DNA from: Chiloscyllium plagiosum
Lineage: Eukaryota
DNA length: 64,000 nucleotides
Assembly (NCBI RefSeq): GCF_004010195.1
Contig: NC_057755.1
Location: 11,793,252-11,857,251 of the forward strand
Reading direction: 5' to 3'
Below the pieces are notes generated by a model. That model did no database searches. It was not told where the DNA came from and worked only from the letters and a program-made list of their open reading frames with translations. Positions 12,800-25,617 of the stretch are shown here, in pieces. The first letter of the stretch is position 1; every line of letters begins with the position of its first letter. The position numbers and the translations under genes were made by a program.

Positions 12800-14540
12800 C
12801 AGTTAATGGAATGTTCAGGCAGAGTTAACAGATGAATGAAGTGGAAGTCATGTTAACAAAATTGATGGGAATTTCTTTGAGGCTCTAATGAGCAGAAAAG
12901 ATAAGGGGGATCTCGTGGATGAGTACATTTAGATTTTTCAGAAGGCTTTCAATAAGGTCCCTCAAAAGGAGTTTAATAAAATTCAAGCGAGTCTGTTTGG
13001 AGGGAATAAACTAGCATGGAATGAGAGCTGGTTAATGGAGAGAAAATGAAGAAGAAGTGAATGGGTCGTTTCTGGTTGGCAGACTGAATAATGTGGTATT
13101 ACGAGGGTTTGTGTTTGGGCTGCAGCTATTCGATATTAATGATTTAGATTTTGGGGTTAAAAGTAATATTTCCTAATGTAATAAAACAAAGCTTGGCGGA
13201 AGTGCGGGTTGAGGAGGGTGCAAAGATACTTCAGAGGAATTGAGAAGTTAAGCGAGTGGATAAAAGAATTGGAAGAAGAAATATGATGTGGAGAACTGAG
13301 AGGTTATCCACCTTAGTGGGAGAAGCCGAAATAGAGTATTTCTTAAATAGTGAGACTGGAAAATATTGACTCTGAAAGGAACTTGGGTCCTTGTTCATGA
13401 GTCACTCTAAGTTAGCAAGCAATACAGTAAGCAATTAAGGCAAATGATATGTATGCTTTAACCACTTTATCATTAGTGGATTTGAACATGGGGTAAAGAT
13501 GTCTTCGTGTAATTACACAGAACTTCTGTGACACTACACAGGTTTAAGGTGTGATTTGATGGAAGTCTTCAAGCTTTCTAAAAGGAAAAGAGAGGATAGA
13601 AAAGGGGATTGTATAAATAGGAGGCATTGTTTGAAAATGAAGATCAGACTCTTTCAGAAGAATTGTATGGAAGCACTACTACACACAAGGCTGCTGGAAG
13701 TTGGAGTTGTCTTCCGCAAATGACCGTTAATTCTAGTTCAGTTAATTGTAAATCTGAGAAGGACAAATGTTTGTTTAGCAAAGTTCTTAAAGGGTGCGCA
13801 GCAAAGACAGGTATATGGAGTTAAGGCACAGATTACCTTATATAGAGGTAAGTCACAGATTAGCTATGATTTCAGTGGCAGAAAAGGCTCAAGGGTTGAA
13901 TGGCCTACACCTGTGTTTTGGTCTCCTTCACTAAGGAAAAATATTAACTGTAGAGGGAATGCAATGACAGTTCACTGAGCTAATTCCTGGAATGGAAGAA
14001 TTGTCTCATGAGGAATCATTAATATTGTGGAATTGTTATTTTGCCCCAGCTTGACACTGTGCCAATCTCCTGCCTTTCCCATAATGTTGCCCATTGTTTT
14101 TACTTAAATAAACATCTAATGCTCCTGAGTGCCTCAAATAAACCAGCCTCTAAGCAAAACATTCCAAGCACAAATTGGCTGAAAAAAGACTGGGACTGTA
14201 GTTTTTGGAGTTTCGGAAACAAAGATTATTTTATTCAACAATAAAAAAAACAACCTTGCAGGGGTTAACAAAGTAAATGCATCGAGGATATTTCCCCAGT
14301 TGGGAATCTCTAGAACAAGGAGTTGCAGCCTCAGAATAAGCAGCAGGCCATTACAGTCTGTGATGATGATGGAGGCTCACTTAGACAGTATAGTCAAGAC
14401 TGAGATCAATAGAAAGTAATACTAAAATTTAAACATTATGGGATGTGGGGGTAAATGCTTGAAAATGGTGTTAAAGTAGAAGATTAACCATGATCTCATT
14501 GACTGATGGAGTGGGCTTCAGGGGCTGAATGATTTTCTCC
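12800..14540 (+). mobile_element. Highly decayed, nested CR1 LINE RT/3' fragments
   Basis: Nucleotide remnants of the DFQKAFDKVPH motif (gatttttcagaaggctttcaataaggtcc) and CR1-type 3' UTRs ending near 13915 and 14535. Confidence 0.7.
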
Positions 14541-15362
14541 TGCTCCTATTTCTGGTGTCTCTTCTTGTGCTGCTCTTTCTTAGCCTCCCGTTTATTTCTG
14601 TTTATTGTTTTCCTTTTTTCTAATTTTTCTTCCTTGTTCTGGGATAGGTAGTATTGAAGGAGAGTGGTGAAGAAGCGAGGTGCTGAACGCTATGGGTCAC
14701 AGAAACATAAGACAGAGCTCACAAACTCTTGAAAGACCCTATTGCCTCTGCAATTTCTTATTGTACTTGAAACAGAGGATCTTAGTCTTTGGCTTTAGTG
14801 AAAAAGGACAGGACAATTCTGCACCACATCAGCCAGTAGAACTTATAATATAAAATTTTAAAATTCTGCAGTAAGAAAAAGAAGCAAGTTCTAACATTGT
14901 TACTTCTGTCCTCACCCTAGTCGGCAAATTTCATTAATTCTATCTTCCAGCCTCCACCTCTCTGTTCACTCAAGCCACCCCGATTCTTCCACTCCTCAAG
15001 CTCTGTACTTCCCATCCCTAGGGATAAACCATCCATATTATTAGCTAAGCACTCTCCAATAGCATCTCTTTTGTGTAAGAACGTTCTCCCTTCTTGCAGT
15101 CTTTTCATCTTTATCGCATCTTTCTTGGTAATAATCTGGAGTAATACTGTGCAATTGCATACTCCCAAGGGCAGGCACAAAAGATTAATTGCAGAGTTAT
15201 GCTCACTGTCCACTGCCCCTATCAAACATTCCGAGGTCAAGTGTAATATTTGAAACTGCACAAGTTCACTTTCCATAGAAGTGGTAACTTTTGTTCTATC
15301 ATTATGGGCTCAATTTGAATCCATTTCCAGCGATGACATGCCTCTTTGTATATTTATTTTAG

Positions 15363-15548
15363 GAAACAAACTTTTGTTGCCTAGTTTGACAGTGAAACCA
15401 GAATCCAGCAACGGGTCAGAAAGCAGCAACTTGATTGTTTATAACGGAGCAATGGTGGATGTGGGAAGTTTGCTGCAAAAATTACAAAAGAGTGAAAAGA
15501 CTCGAGCAGAAATGGAACTGAAAGTACAGTCATTGGAGGGCAAGATAG
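15363..15548 (+). CDS. CCAR1: CCAR1 coding exon (start of C-terminal coiled coil)
   Basis: Acceptor tttattttag|GA, donor ATAG|gtaaga. 186 bp, phase 1 to 1. (G)NKLLLPSLTVKPESSNGSESSNLIVYNGAMVDVGSLLQKLQKSEKTRAEMELKVQSLEGKI contains LIVYNGAMVDVGSLLQKL, identical to recalled human CCAR1. Confidence 0.96.
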
Positions 15549-16977
15549 GTAAGAAAATTGGAGGGTGAGATTGTGGGGTTCTGTAAAGAATAATAGACAG
15601 AAATGCTCCCAAAGAAAAGGCTGGGAACATGTATTGTAAATTACATGTAGCTTCTTCACCTTTCTTCAATCATTTAAAGGTGCTGACGCTTGAGGTATGG
15701 TTTCTTGTGACTGACTGGCTGTTTTCATCACATTACCCAAGTGATCAATGTTTGTGGATCATTCTGGACCACTGGTTGTACAAGATCTCATCTCATCTGA
15801 TCTTCATTCAGTTGCATATATGACATCAATCAAGATCCAGACCGCATTTGGATATTTGCCGTCTTATCTCTCTAGTGAGAGCTAGATTTAAATCCTGTTA
15901 CAGCTGATATTTCTTAGCGCAATCTCATTGAGTCATATCACCCAGTACAGAAATTGTGGGGGATCAAATTCATCAACCTTTCTGGAAATTTTGTTTGGCA
16001 CAGTACTGGACCAGATCAAAAGTAAAGCTTGGAACTTCCTGACTTGTAACAGTCAAGAACCCTGGATGACAAAAGATATTGAAGGTCTGACCAGAAAAAA
16101 GGAGGACGCATAGCTCAGGTATAGACAGCTGGGATATAGGGAATCCCTGGGAGTATGTAGGGGATACAGGAGTTTACTGAAGAAGGAAATCAGGAACGTG
16201 AAGAGGGGGCACAAGATAGCCTTGGCTGAGAAGATTAAGGTGAATCCAAAGAGGTTCTTTAAATATATTAAAGGAAAAAGAATACATAGAGAGAGAATAG
16301 GATCCCTTAAGGACCAAAGTGACATGTATGTGTGGAATCACAGGGGTTTGGCGAGGTTCTCAATGAATATTTCTCCTCTGTGTTTACCATAGCGAAAGAC
16401 ATGAAGCCTTGGGAACTTGGAGAATTAGTAGTGGTATCTTGGGGACAGTCCATATCACAGTAGAGGAGGTGTTGAATGTATTGGAATGTATGAAGGTGAA
16501 AAAGTCTTCTGGTCCTGACCAGATATATCCAAGAACCCTGCAAGAGCTAAGCGAAGAAATTGTGGAGGCCCTGGCTGATATATTTGCATCATCGTTAGCC
16601 ACAGGTGAGGTCCCGAAAGATTGGAGGGTGGCGAATGTCGTGCCCTTATTCAAGAAGAGGTGCAAAGAAAAACCTGCGAACTATAGACCATTAAGCTTAA
16701 ATAGGTTAGCTGCGAAGATTATGAGGGATAAGATATACATGCATTTGGAAAGACAGCTGCAAGGTTTGTGAAGGTTTGTAGTTCAGGTTGAGGTTTAGAG
16801 TGTAGGTTTGCTCGCTGAGCTGTAGGTTTGATATCCAGACGTTTCATTACCTGGCTAGGTAACATCAACAGTGGCGACCTCCAAGTGAAGCGAAGCTGTT
16901 GGCTCCTGCTTTCTATTTATATCTTTCTCCTGGATGGGGTTCCTGGGGTTTGTGGTGATGTCATTTCCTGTTCGTTT

Positions 16978-17537
16978 NNNNNNNNNNNNNNNNNNNNNNN
17001 NNNNNNNNNNNNNNNNNNNNNNNNNNNNNNNNNNNNNNNNNNNNNNNNNNNNNNNNNNNNNNNNNNNNNNNNNNNNNNNNNNNNNNNNNNNNNNNNNNNN
17101 NNNNNNNNNNNNNNNNNNNNNNNNNNNNNNNNNNNNNNNNNNNNNNNNNNNNNNNNNNNNNNNNNNNNNNNNNNNNNNNNNNNNNNNNNNNNNNNNNNNN
17201 NNNNNNNNNNNNNNNNNNNNNNNNNNNNNNNNNNNNNNNNNNNNNNNNNNNNNNNNNNNNNNNNNNNNNNNNNNNNNNNNNNNNNNNNNNNNNNNNNNNN
17301 NNNNNNNNNNNNNNNNNNNNNNNNNNNNNNNNNNNNNNNNNNNNNNNNNNNNNNNNNNNNNNNNNNNNNNNNNNNNNNNNNNNNNNNNNNNNNNNNNNNN
17401 NNNNNNNNNNNNNNNNNNNNNNNNNNNNNNNNNNNNNNNNNNNNNNNNNNNNNNNNNNNNNNNNNNNNNNNNNNNNNNNNNNNNNNNNNNNNNNNNNNNN
17501 NNNNNNNNNNNNNNNNNNNNNNNNNNNNNNNNNNNNN
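16978..17537. other. Assembly gap (N)
   Basis: Run of N. Confidence 1.
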
Positions 17538-18304
17538 AGAAAACCAACAAACACTGACCAAATACTCAACTATACCAGCAACCATCCCAGCACACACAAA
17601 CGAAGCTGTATCAGAACACTATTCCAATGAGCCACCACACACTGCAGCACAGATAAACTTCGGAAAACAGAGGAGAACCACCTATACGACGTATTCAAGA
17701 AGAACGGCTACTCAAAAAATACAGTGCGCAGATTCCTCAAGAACAACCCACGACAAGCAGACCAAACACAGCCAGAAACCCTAACCACCTTACCATACAT
17801 CAAAGAAGTTTCAGAAATGACAGCCAGACTACTAAGACCCCTCGTAGTAGCATACAAACCCACCAATACTCTCAAACAAAAACTAACAAACTTAAAAGAC
17901 TCCGTGCAACCCATGGACAAAAGCAACATCATCTACAAAATTCCATGCAAAGACTGCCACAAACACTACATAGGACAAACAGGAAGAAAGTTAGCCTCCA
18001 GGATATACGAACACCACGACCCTGTCTCCCTCGTAGCCCTACACACGGATGAAAACAAACCACCATTTCAACTGGGACAACACATCTATCCTGGTACAGG
18101 CTAAGCAAAGACATGCCAGAGAATTCCTAGAGGCCTGGCACTCCAACCACAACACCATAAACAAACACACAGATCTAGATGCCAACTATGAACCCCTCAG
18201 AAAAAGAACAGGAAATGACATCACCACAAACCCCAGGAACCCCATCCAGGAGAAAGATATAAATAGAAAGCAGGAGCCAACAGCTTCGCTTCACTTGGAG
18301 GTCG

Positions 18305-18344
18305 CCACTGATGATGTTACCTAGCCAGGTAATGAAACGTCTGG
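18305..18344 (+). ncRNA. Minimal type I hammerhead ribozyme motif in PLE pLTR
   Basis: CCA-CUGAUGA-u-GUUACCU(agcc)AGGUAAU-GAAAC-GUC^UGG. Core intact, stem I CCA/UGG, 7-bp stem II, palindromic ACGU stem III. Confidence 0.8.
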
Positions 18345-18805
18345 ATATCAAACCTACAGCTCAGCGAGCAAACCTACACCCTAAAGTGTTTGATTAGGCG
18401 TAGTTAGCATGACTTTGCATGTGGGAGATCATGCCTCATAAATTTATTAGAGTTCTTTGATGAAGTTACCAAGAAGGTTGGTGTGGGCACAGCGGTAGAT
18501 GCAGTCCACATAGATTTCAGCAAGGCCTTTGATAAGGTTCCACATGGTAGTCTGCTCTGGAAGGTTAGATTGCATAATTGGCTTGATGGTAGGAGCAGAG
18601 GGTAACAGTGGAAGGATACTTGTCGGACTGGAGGCCTGTGTCTAGTGGTGTGCCTCGGGTCGGTGATGGGCCCATTACTGTTTGTTATCGAAATCAATGA
18701 TTTGGATAAGAATGTACAAGACATGGTAAGTAAGTTTGCTGATGACACTAAAATAGGCAGTATTGTGGACAGTGATAAAGGCGATCAGAAATTTCAGCAG
18801 GATCT

Positions 18806-20720
18806 AAATTGGAAGGGGACTAATATACTGGCAGGGAAATTTGCTAGAACTGCTTGGGAGGATTTAAAATAGTAAGGTGGGGAGGTGGGACCCAGGGAGA
18901 TAGTGAGGAAAGAGATCGATCTGAGACGGGTACAGCTGAGATCAGAAGTGAGTCAAACAGTCAGGGCAGGCAGGGACAAGGTAGGACTAATAAATTAATT
19001 CAATGCAAGGGGCCTAACAGGGAAGGCAGATGAACTCAGGGCATGGTTAGGAACACGGGGCTGGGATATCATAGCAATTACAGAAACATGGCTCAGGGAT
19101 GGGCAGGACTGGCAGCTGAATGTTCCAGGATGCAAATGCTACAGGAATGATAGAAAGGGAGGCAAGAGAGGAGTGATTGCTGGGCCTCTTGCTGAGACAT
19201 TTATATCATCGATAGTCACAGGTGAAGTGCCGGAAGACTGGAGGTTGGCAAACGTGGTGCCACTTTTAAGAAGGGCAGTAAAGACAAGCCAGGGAACTAT
19301 ATAACGGTGAGCCTGACCTCAGTGTGCGCAAGTTGTTGGAGGGAATCCTGAGGGACAGGATGTACATGTATTTGGAAAGGCAAGGACTGATTAGGGATCA
19401 TCAACATGGCTTTGTGCGTGGGAAATCATGTCTCACAAACTTGATTGAGTTTTCTGAAGAAGTAACAAAGAAGATTGATGAGGGCAGAGCAGTAGATGTG
19501 ATCTATATGGACTTCAAGGTTCCCCATGGGAGACTGATTAGCAAGGTTAGATCTCATGGAATACAGGGAGAACTAGCCATTTGGATACAGAACTGGCTCA
19601 AAGGTAGAAGACAGAGGATGGTGGTGGAGGGTTGTTTTTCAGACTGGAGGCCTGTGACCAGTGNNNNNNNNNNNNNNNNNNNNNNNNNNNNNNNNNNNNN
19701 NNNNNNNNNNNNNNNNNNNNNNNNNNNNNNNNNNNNNNNNNNNNNNNNNNNNNNNNNNNNNNNNNNNNNNNNNNNNNNNNNNNNNNNNNNNNNNNNNNNN
19801 NNNNNNNNNNNNNNNNNNNNNNNNNNNNNNNNNNNNNNNNNNNNNNNNNNNNNNNNNNNNNNNNNNNNNNNNNNNNNNNNNNNNNNNNNNNNNNNNNNNN
19901 NNNNNNNNNNNNNNNNNNNNNNNNNNNNNNNNNNNNNNNNNNNNNNNNNNNNNNNNNNNNNNNNNNNNNNNNNNNNNNNNNNNNNNNNNNNNNNNNNNNN
20001 NNNNNNNNNNNNNNNNNNNNNNNNNNNNNNNNNNNNNNNNNNNNNNNNNNNNNNNNNNNNNNNNNNNNNNNNNNNNNNNNNNNNNNNNNNNNNNNNNNNN
20101 NNNNNNNNNNNNNNNNNNNNNNNNNNNNNNNNNNNNNNNNNNNNNNNNNNNNNNNNNNNNNNNNNNNNNNNNNNNNNNNNNNNNNNNNNNNNNNNNNNNN
20201 NNNNNNNNNNNNNNNNNNNNNNNNNNNNNNNNNNNNNNNNNNNNNNNNNNNNNNNNNNNNNNNNNNNNNNNNNNNNNNNNNNNNNNNNNNNNNNNNNNNN
20301 NNNNNNNNNNNNNNNNNNNNNNNNNNNNNNNNNNNNNNNNNNNNNNNNNNNNNNNNNNNNNNNNNNNNNNNNNNNNNNNNNNNNNNNNNNNNNNNNNNNN
20401 NNNNNNNNNNNNNNNNNNNNAGACAAAGTCTTTTCCCTGTGGTCGGGGAGTCCAGAACTAGAGGGCATAAGTTTAGGGTGAGAGGGGAAAGATATAAAAG
20501 AGACCTACGGGGCAACGTTTTCACGCAGAGGGTGGTACATGTATGGAATGAGCTGTTACAATTGCAACATTTAAAAGGCATTTGGATGGGTATATGAATA
20601 GGAAGGGTTTGGAGGGATATGGTTTGGGTGCTGGCAGGTGGGAGTAGATTGGGTTGGGATATATGGTCGACATGAACAGGTTGGACTGAAGGGTCTGTTT
20701 CCATGCTGTACATCTCTATG
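18806..20720 (+). mobile_element. Young CR1 LINE copy (ORF1 end and endonuclease start fused by deletion to RT; contains N-gap)
   Basis: FNARGLTGKADELRAW...AITETWL joined at about 19172 to RT LLEGILRDRMYMYLERQGLIRD. Nearly identical to 57040-58563. Confidence 0.88.
19664..20420. other. Assembly gap (N)
   Basis: Run of N. Confidence 1.
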
Positions 20721-22339
20721 ACCTTGGTCAGCTGGGGAGTGGGCCGAGAAATGGCAAATGGAGTTAAATATAGATAAATTTGAGGTGTTGTACTTTCGAA
20801 AATCAGATCAAGGTAGGAGCTACGTGGTGAATGGTCGGGTCTTAAGGAGTGTCGTGGAACAGAAGGACCTTGGAGTTCAGGTGCATGGTTCACTGATAGT
20901 GGAGTCACAGGTAGACAGTGCAGGGAAGAGGGCTTTTGGCACACCGACCTTCATCAGTCAGGGCATTGAGTATAGAAGTTGGGAAGTTATGTTGCAGTTG
21001 GTGAGGCCGCATTTGGAGTATTGTATTCATCTTTGGTCACCTTGGATGTTATTAAACTGGAAAAGAGTGCAGAAGAAATTTGCAAGGATGTTGCCAGGAC
21101 TCCAGGGTCTGAGTTATAGGGAGAGGTTGGACAAGCTAGGACCTTTTTCTTTAGAGTGTAGGAAACGGAGTGGGGATCTTGTAGACATGTATAAGATTGT
21201 AAAAGGCACGGATAGGGTGAAGGCAGTCAGTCTTTTTCCCAGGGTTGGGGAATCAAGGACTAGCTGGCATCAGTTTAAGATGAGAGGGAAGAATAAAAGG
21301 AAACCTGAGGGGCAACTTTTTTACACAGAGGGTGGTATGCCTTTGGAATAAGCTGCCAGTGGAAGTGTTTGAAGCAAGTACATTAATAACATTTAAAAGG
21401 CATTTGGACAAATACATGGATAGAAAAGGTTCAGAGGGATATAGGCCAAGTGCAGGAAAATTGAGTTAGTGTGGATGGACATTTTGGTTGGCGTGGACCA
21501 GTTTGAGCCAAAGGGCCTGTCTCCGTGCTTTATGACTCTATGAAGCAAGGGAATTGAGCCTGAGAGGCTAGTGGATGCAATTCAACAGGAAGGAAATTAG
21601 TTTTCTGAACAGTTGAAAAAGAGAGAGGGCCATGGGCAAAGAGAAGGGAGTGAACCATAGTTGTTCCAAATATGTGACCTGGAAATGATTTATGGTTTAT
21701 GATACGATTAATACTTAAACAAAAAGAGAGATTCTAAGATGTCAAACCCACAAAGCCTTTATCTATCAAAAATACTTTAGTCATGTATAAACTTTGATAA
21801 TTGAGTGTTACAAATCTTGGGAAGTAGTTTCCTTTACAGAAAGTTGTTTCGCTATGGTTTTGCTGGAATTCCAGAATTGGAAACCTGTCACCCAAGTTTT
21901 GAGAACTTCGTTTTTTCAGTCATTGCAGTCTAGTTGTATGTGTGGTAGATGCAATATGGAAACTACATCTACCCTCAGGTAAGACTGCCCATGTACTGTG
22001 CACCATGTTAGTGCCCACAGCATACCAAAACCAAAGAGAAACCATAGTGGAATTAGTGACACAAGCATCAGGAAGAACATTAATAATTCAGTTCTTCTAG
22101 TTCATTCAAAATTCTGGCAAATGTGTTCTTTACACTTAAGCCTTTGTGTACTGAGACTGGGCTGGCAAGCTGATGTTTAAGAATTATTTTAATAATCAAA
22201 TCAGATTGAGCCAACATAACTGGCCAGCTAGAAATCGGAGATGTCCTGAACTATGCTCCTGTAACTGAATGACACCATCCATCAAAGGACAGATCAAACA
22301 GCAGAGAAGATATATTGAACTTTTATAGAATGTAGAAAA

Positions 22340-23570
22340 CTAGCCTCCATATTATGAAAATGGTACGGTCCATGCAGATTGGAGGGCAGCTAATGTCACT
22401 GCAGTATTTAAAAAAGGAAGGCAGAGAGAAACCCAGAGAACTATAGACCAGTAAGCCTAACATCAGTGGTGGGAAAAATTCTCAAATTCATTATCAAGGA
22501 CTTTACAGCAGAGCATTTAAAAAGAAGTGGCAGGATCAGACAGTCAGCAAGGATTTATGAAGGGGAATTCTATAAAGATGTAATTAATGGAGTTGACAAG
22601 GGGAAGCCAGTTGATTTGGTGTATTTGTACTTTCAGAAAGTGTTTAACAAAGTTCTGCATAAGAGATTATTGTGCAAGATTAAAGAGCATGGGATTGGGG
22701 ATAAGTGTATTGCAATAGCTAGGAAACTGGTTGGCAGAGAGGAAACAGAGGAGGAATTCATGGGTCCTTTTCAAATTGGCAAGCAGTAACTAGTGGGGTG
22801 CCACAGAAATTGGTGCTATGACCCCAGCTATTCACAATATATATTAATGATTTAGATGAGAGTGGGTGCTTCCAGAACCAGGGGTCACAATCGGAGGATT
22901 CAGGGTGGACCATAAGGATGGAGATGAGACCCAAAGAGTGTTGAGCCTGTGGAATCCATTACCACCAGAAATAGTTGATGCCAAAACATTGAATGTATTT
23001 AAGAGGCAACGAGATGTAGCACTTGGGGCGAATGGGTTCAAAGGTAATGGGGCTGTTGAGTTGAATGATCATGATGATGAATGGTGGAGCAGGCTTGAAG
23101 GGCCAAATCACCGCTTCCTGCTCCTATCTTTGTTTCTAAAAGGATAACAAAGCACTGGTCAAACTGCAAAACAGTCTTAAACAGACCCTTTCCTCAAGCA
23201 GGGAGATGACTGAAGGGGTAAACAGATAAAGGTAAACAATAAAATGATTCAATAGCATAAACATCAAGATGCCATTTGAGGGCAAAGCAAGAACTAGGGG
23301 CTGTTACAAAATTGTCACTAATAAATACAGTAGTTACTTCAGGAAAAATTTCCAGAGAGTGGTTAGAATGTATATCTTATTCCCACATGAAGCAGTTCAC
23401 AGAGTCATAGAGATGTACAGCACGGAAACAGACTCTTTGGTCCAATTCATCAGTCCCAACCCAATCTAGTCCCACCTGCCAGCAACCGGCCCATATCCCT
23501 CCTAACCCTTCCTATTCATATACCCATCCAAATGCCTTTTGAATGTTGCAATTGTACCAGCCTCAAATAA
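22340..23570. mobile_element. CR1 fragments (RT on + strand, short 3' end on - strand)
   Basis: VGKILKFIIKD...YFQKVFNKVLHKRLL, plus a 3' UTR remnant at 23400-23565. Confidence 0.75.
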
Positions 23571-24444
23571 CAGGGAAGCATATAAAAGGAAGCTAGATAT
23601 ACATTTGAAAGAGACAGTGAGATGACAAGAATGAGAGGGTTCCATTGTAGAATCTAAACACTGATGTTATGTCTCTCAGCTAGTGTGCAATATACCTTTG
23701 GTAGACATGCTCAAGATATCATTGCTCTACCATCTGTTCTGAGGATATTAAAGTTTCAATCTGTCTCTTAATCAGGGCCATTTGAAGCTTGACATGCTGA
23801 TGGAAACATTCTACTGTTTGTAAGCAAATAGTTTAGTATAAGCCCAGTCACTGGAATATCTGTGACTAATGTATTTGTATCCCAGGAGCTGTATCAAACA
23901 TGTGTTGAATTTTTCAGTACAGCGCCACCCATGTCTCGTTCTTGCATGATAGGAGCTAACATAATTGTTGCCCCATTAAGTGCAAGCACCTTGCAGGAGG
24001 CTGAAGCCCATAACACAGTGGGCCTGTATCTGTGCTGTAAATCCTGTTTAATTGTGTAAACTGACTATGCAGTGAACTGTAGAGAGAAGAATAACAGGCT
24101 GGTGAGGTATTTAAATATGGTAAATCCAGTATAGAAGGTGGGGAAAAGAATACAAATTTCTGAAAATAAAAGCTTTGAAAAGAGGGAAGACAGCATCTTT
24201 CTTGCATCAAAAACAAGCTATGTAAAGTGCTAATGCCTTGGAGATGATTTGAATGTCCCATTGCTATGTCCCAACATTTTTTACCTCATCACTCATTCGT
24301 CATCTGCAGTACATTTGCTGTATTATGGTGATAGGCAAGTCAGGATTGTGTGTAATTGTCTGTCTGAATTGCCCTTGGATCTGAGGCAGCCAATGAGCAA
24401 CTCCCAAGGCAAATCTATCAGTTCATTGTTTTTGTTTTCTATAG

Positions 24445-24650
24445 AAGATAAAACAAAGCAGATATCCAATCTGGAGACTTCAAACAAGTGTCTATCCATG
24501 GATCTGAAAGAGAGTAAGAAATTGCTGACCCGTGCAGAAGAGAATTTGAAAGCGTGTGAGGAGACAAAACTACGTTTGGAGCAGCAGTTGACTAATACCA
24601 GCAAGAAACTATCATCAGTTATGGAGGAAATTCAAAGTGTCCTGAAACAG
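24445..24650 (+). CDS. CCAR1: CCAR1 penultimate coding exon (coiled coil)
   Basis: Acceptor tttgttttctatag|AA, donor CAG|gtaatg. 206 bp, phase 1 to 0. (E)DKTKQISNLETSNKCLSMDLKESKKLL...LSSVMEEIQSVLKQ resembles human ...ILNLENSNKSLSGEL...LSTVMDEIHTVLKK. Confidence 0.93.
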
Positions 24651-25083
24651 GTAATGATGGAAGTCTTGCCAACTGTTTTTCCCTTTTTATCACAAGGCTC
24701 TGTCTCAGTCTTGTGCAAGAAGAATAAAATAACTTTAATTCATGTTCTCAAGATATCCCAAAACACTTCCTAGGTGTTCAAGTGTGGCGTTACCGCTATG
24801 ATATAGAAGAACTCCGCACCATTTGGTACGGAGCAAACTCTCAAGTCAATACAAAAAGAGTGACCAGGCACTTTTCTTCAGCAAAGAAAATCCTGAGGGG
24901 TGACCTGATAGAAATTTGTAAAATCATGGAAGTGATAGTGTAGAAAAGATGTTTTCGCTTTTGGGCAAGATGGCAAATAAAGACCACAAAGGCAGTTGGT
25001 ACTAAATCCAATTGGAATTGTAGGAGCAACGTTTTTAGAGAATGATTAGAATGTAATATTCACTTCCTAGAAAGTGTTCCTAG

Positions 25084-25574
25084 ATGCCAGTGTTGGACTA
25101 GGGTGTACAAAGTTAAAAATCACACAACACCAGGTTATGGTCCAAAAGGTTTATTTGGAAGCACTAGCTTTTGGAGTGCTGCTCCTTCATCAGGTGGTTG
25201 TGGAGGACACAATTATAAGAATTTATAGCAAAAGTTTACAGTGTGATGTACCTGAAATTATACATTGAAAGATACCTTGATTGTTTGTTGAGTCTTTCAT
25301 CTGTTCGAATACCATGATAGTTTCATTTCTTTCATGTGTAAATCACAAAACTTTTAAAAGTTACATTCTCAGGTTAACTGTAACAATTGGTGTTAGCCAG
25401 ACAATATGTTGAAGATATTAGCCCCCAGTGTTCTCTGTCTGTGCCATGATGTTTAGACTGATTCTAATCTAAAAATGAGATAACAGAGTCTTACATGAAT
25501 TCATGCAGTTTTTGAGCAAAGTACAATGTAACTGCAAGTACAAATTCACCCCACAAGTGTATATGTGTATGTGG

Positions 25575-25617
<43 letters not shown>

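Larger units (their letters stand above)
16760..18385 (+). mobile_element. Penelope-like element (Penelope/Poseidon type) with GIY-YIG endonuclease and inverted pseudo-LTRs
   Basis: TLPYIKEVSEMTARLL...NIIYKIPCKDCHKHYIGQTGRKLASRIYEH...HHFNWDNTSIL...REFLEAWH is an RT-linker plus GIY-YIG domain. 16794-16977 is the reverse complement of about 18202-18385, with a one-sided tail of about 34 nt at 16760-16793. The interior spans an N-gap. Confidence 0.92.
16050..21545 (+). mobile_element. CR1 LINE RT/3' end, interrupted by a Penelope-like element (16760-18385) and a younger CR1 (about 18806-20720)
   Basis: KSSGPDQIYPRTL...[12 protein letters not shown] (16409-16757), resumes 18386-18805 (FADDTK), resumes again at 20721 (MELNIDKFEVL...RPHLEYC) to a 3' end near 21545. 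Confidence 0.85.

Noticed and set aside
14360..14405. C/D box snoRNA-like TGATGA...CTGA in a CCAR1 intron
   Set aside because: Lies within a decayed CR1 3' region, is too short, and has no terminal stem.
16828..20944. Long ORFs (200-448 aa) in the ORF track
   Set aside because: Artefacts of translating through N-gaps. The flanking residues are PLE or CR1 remnants.
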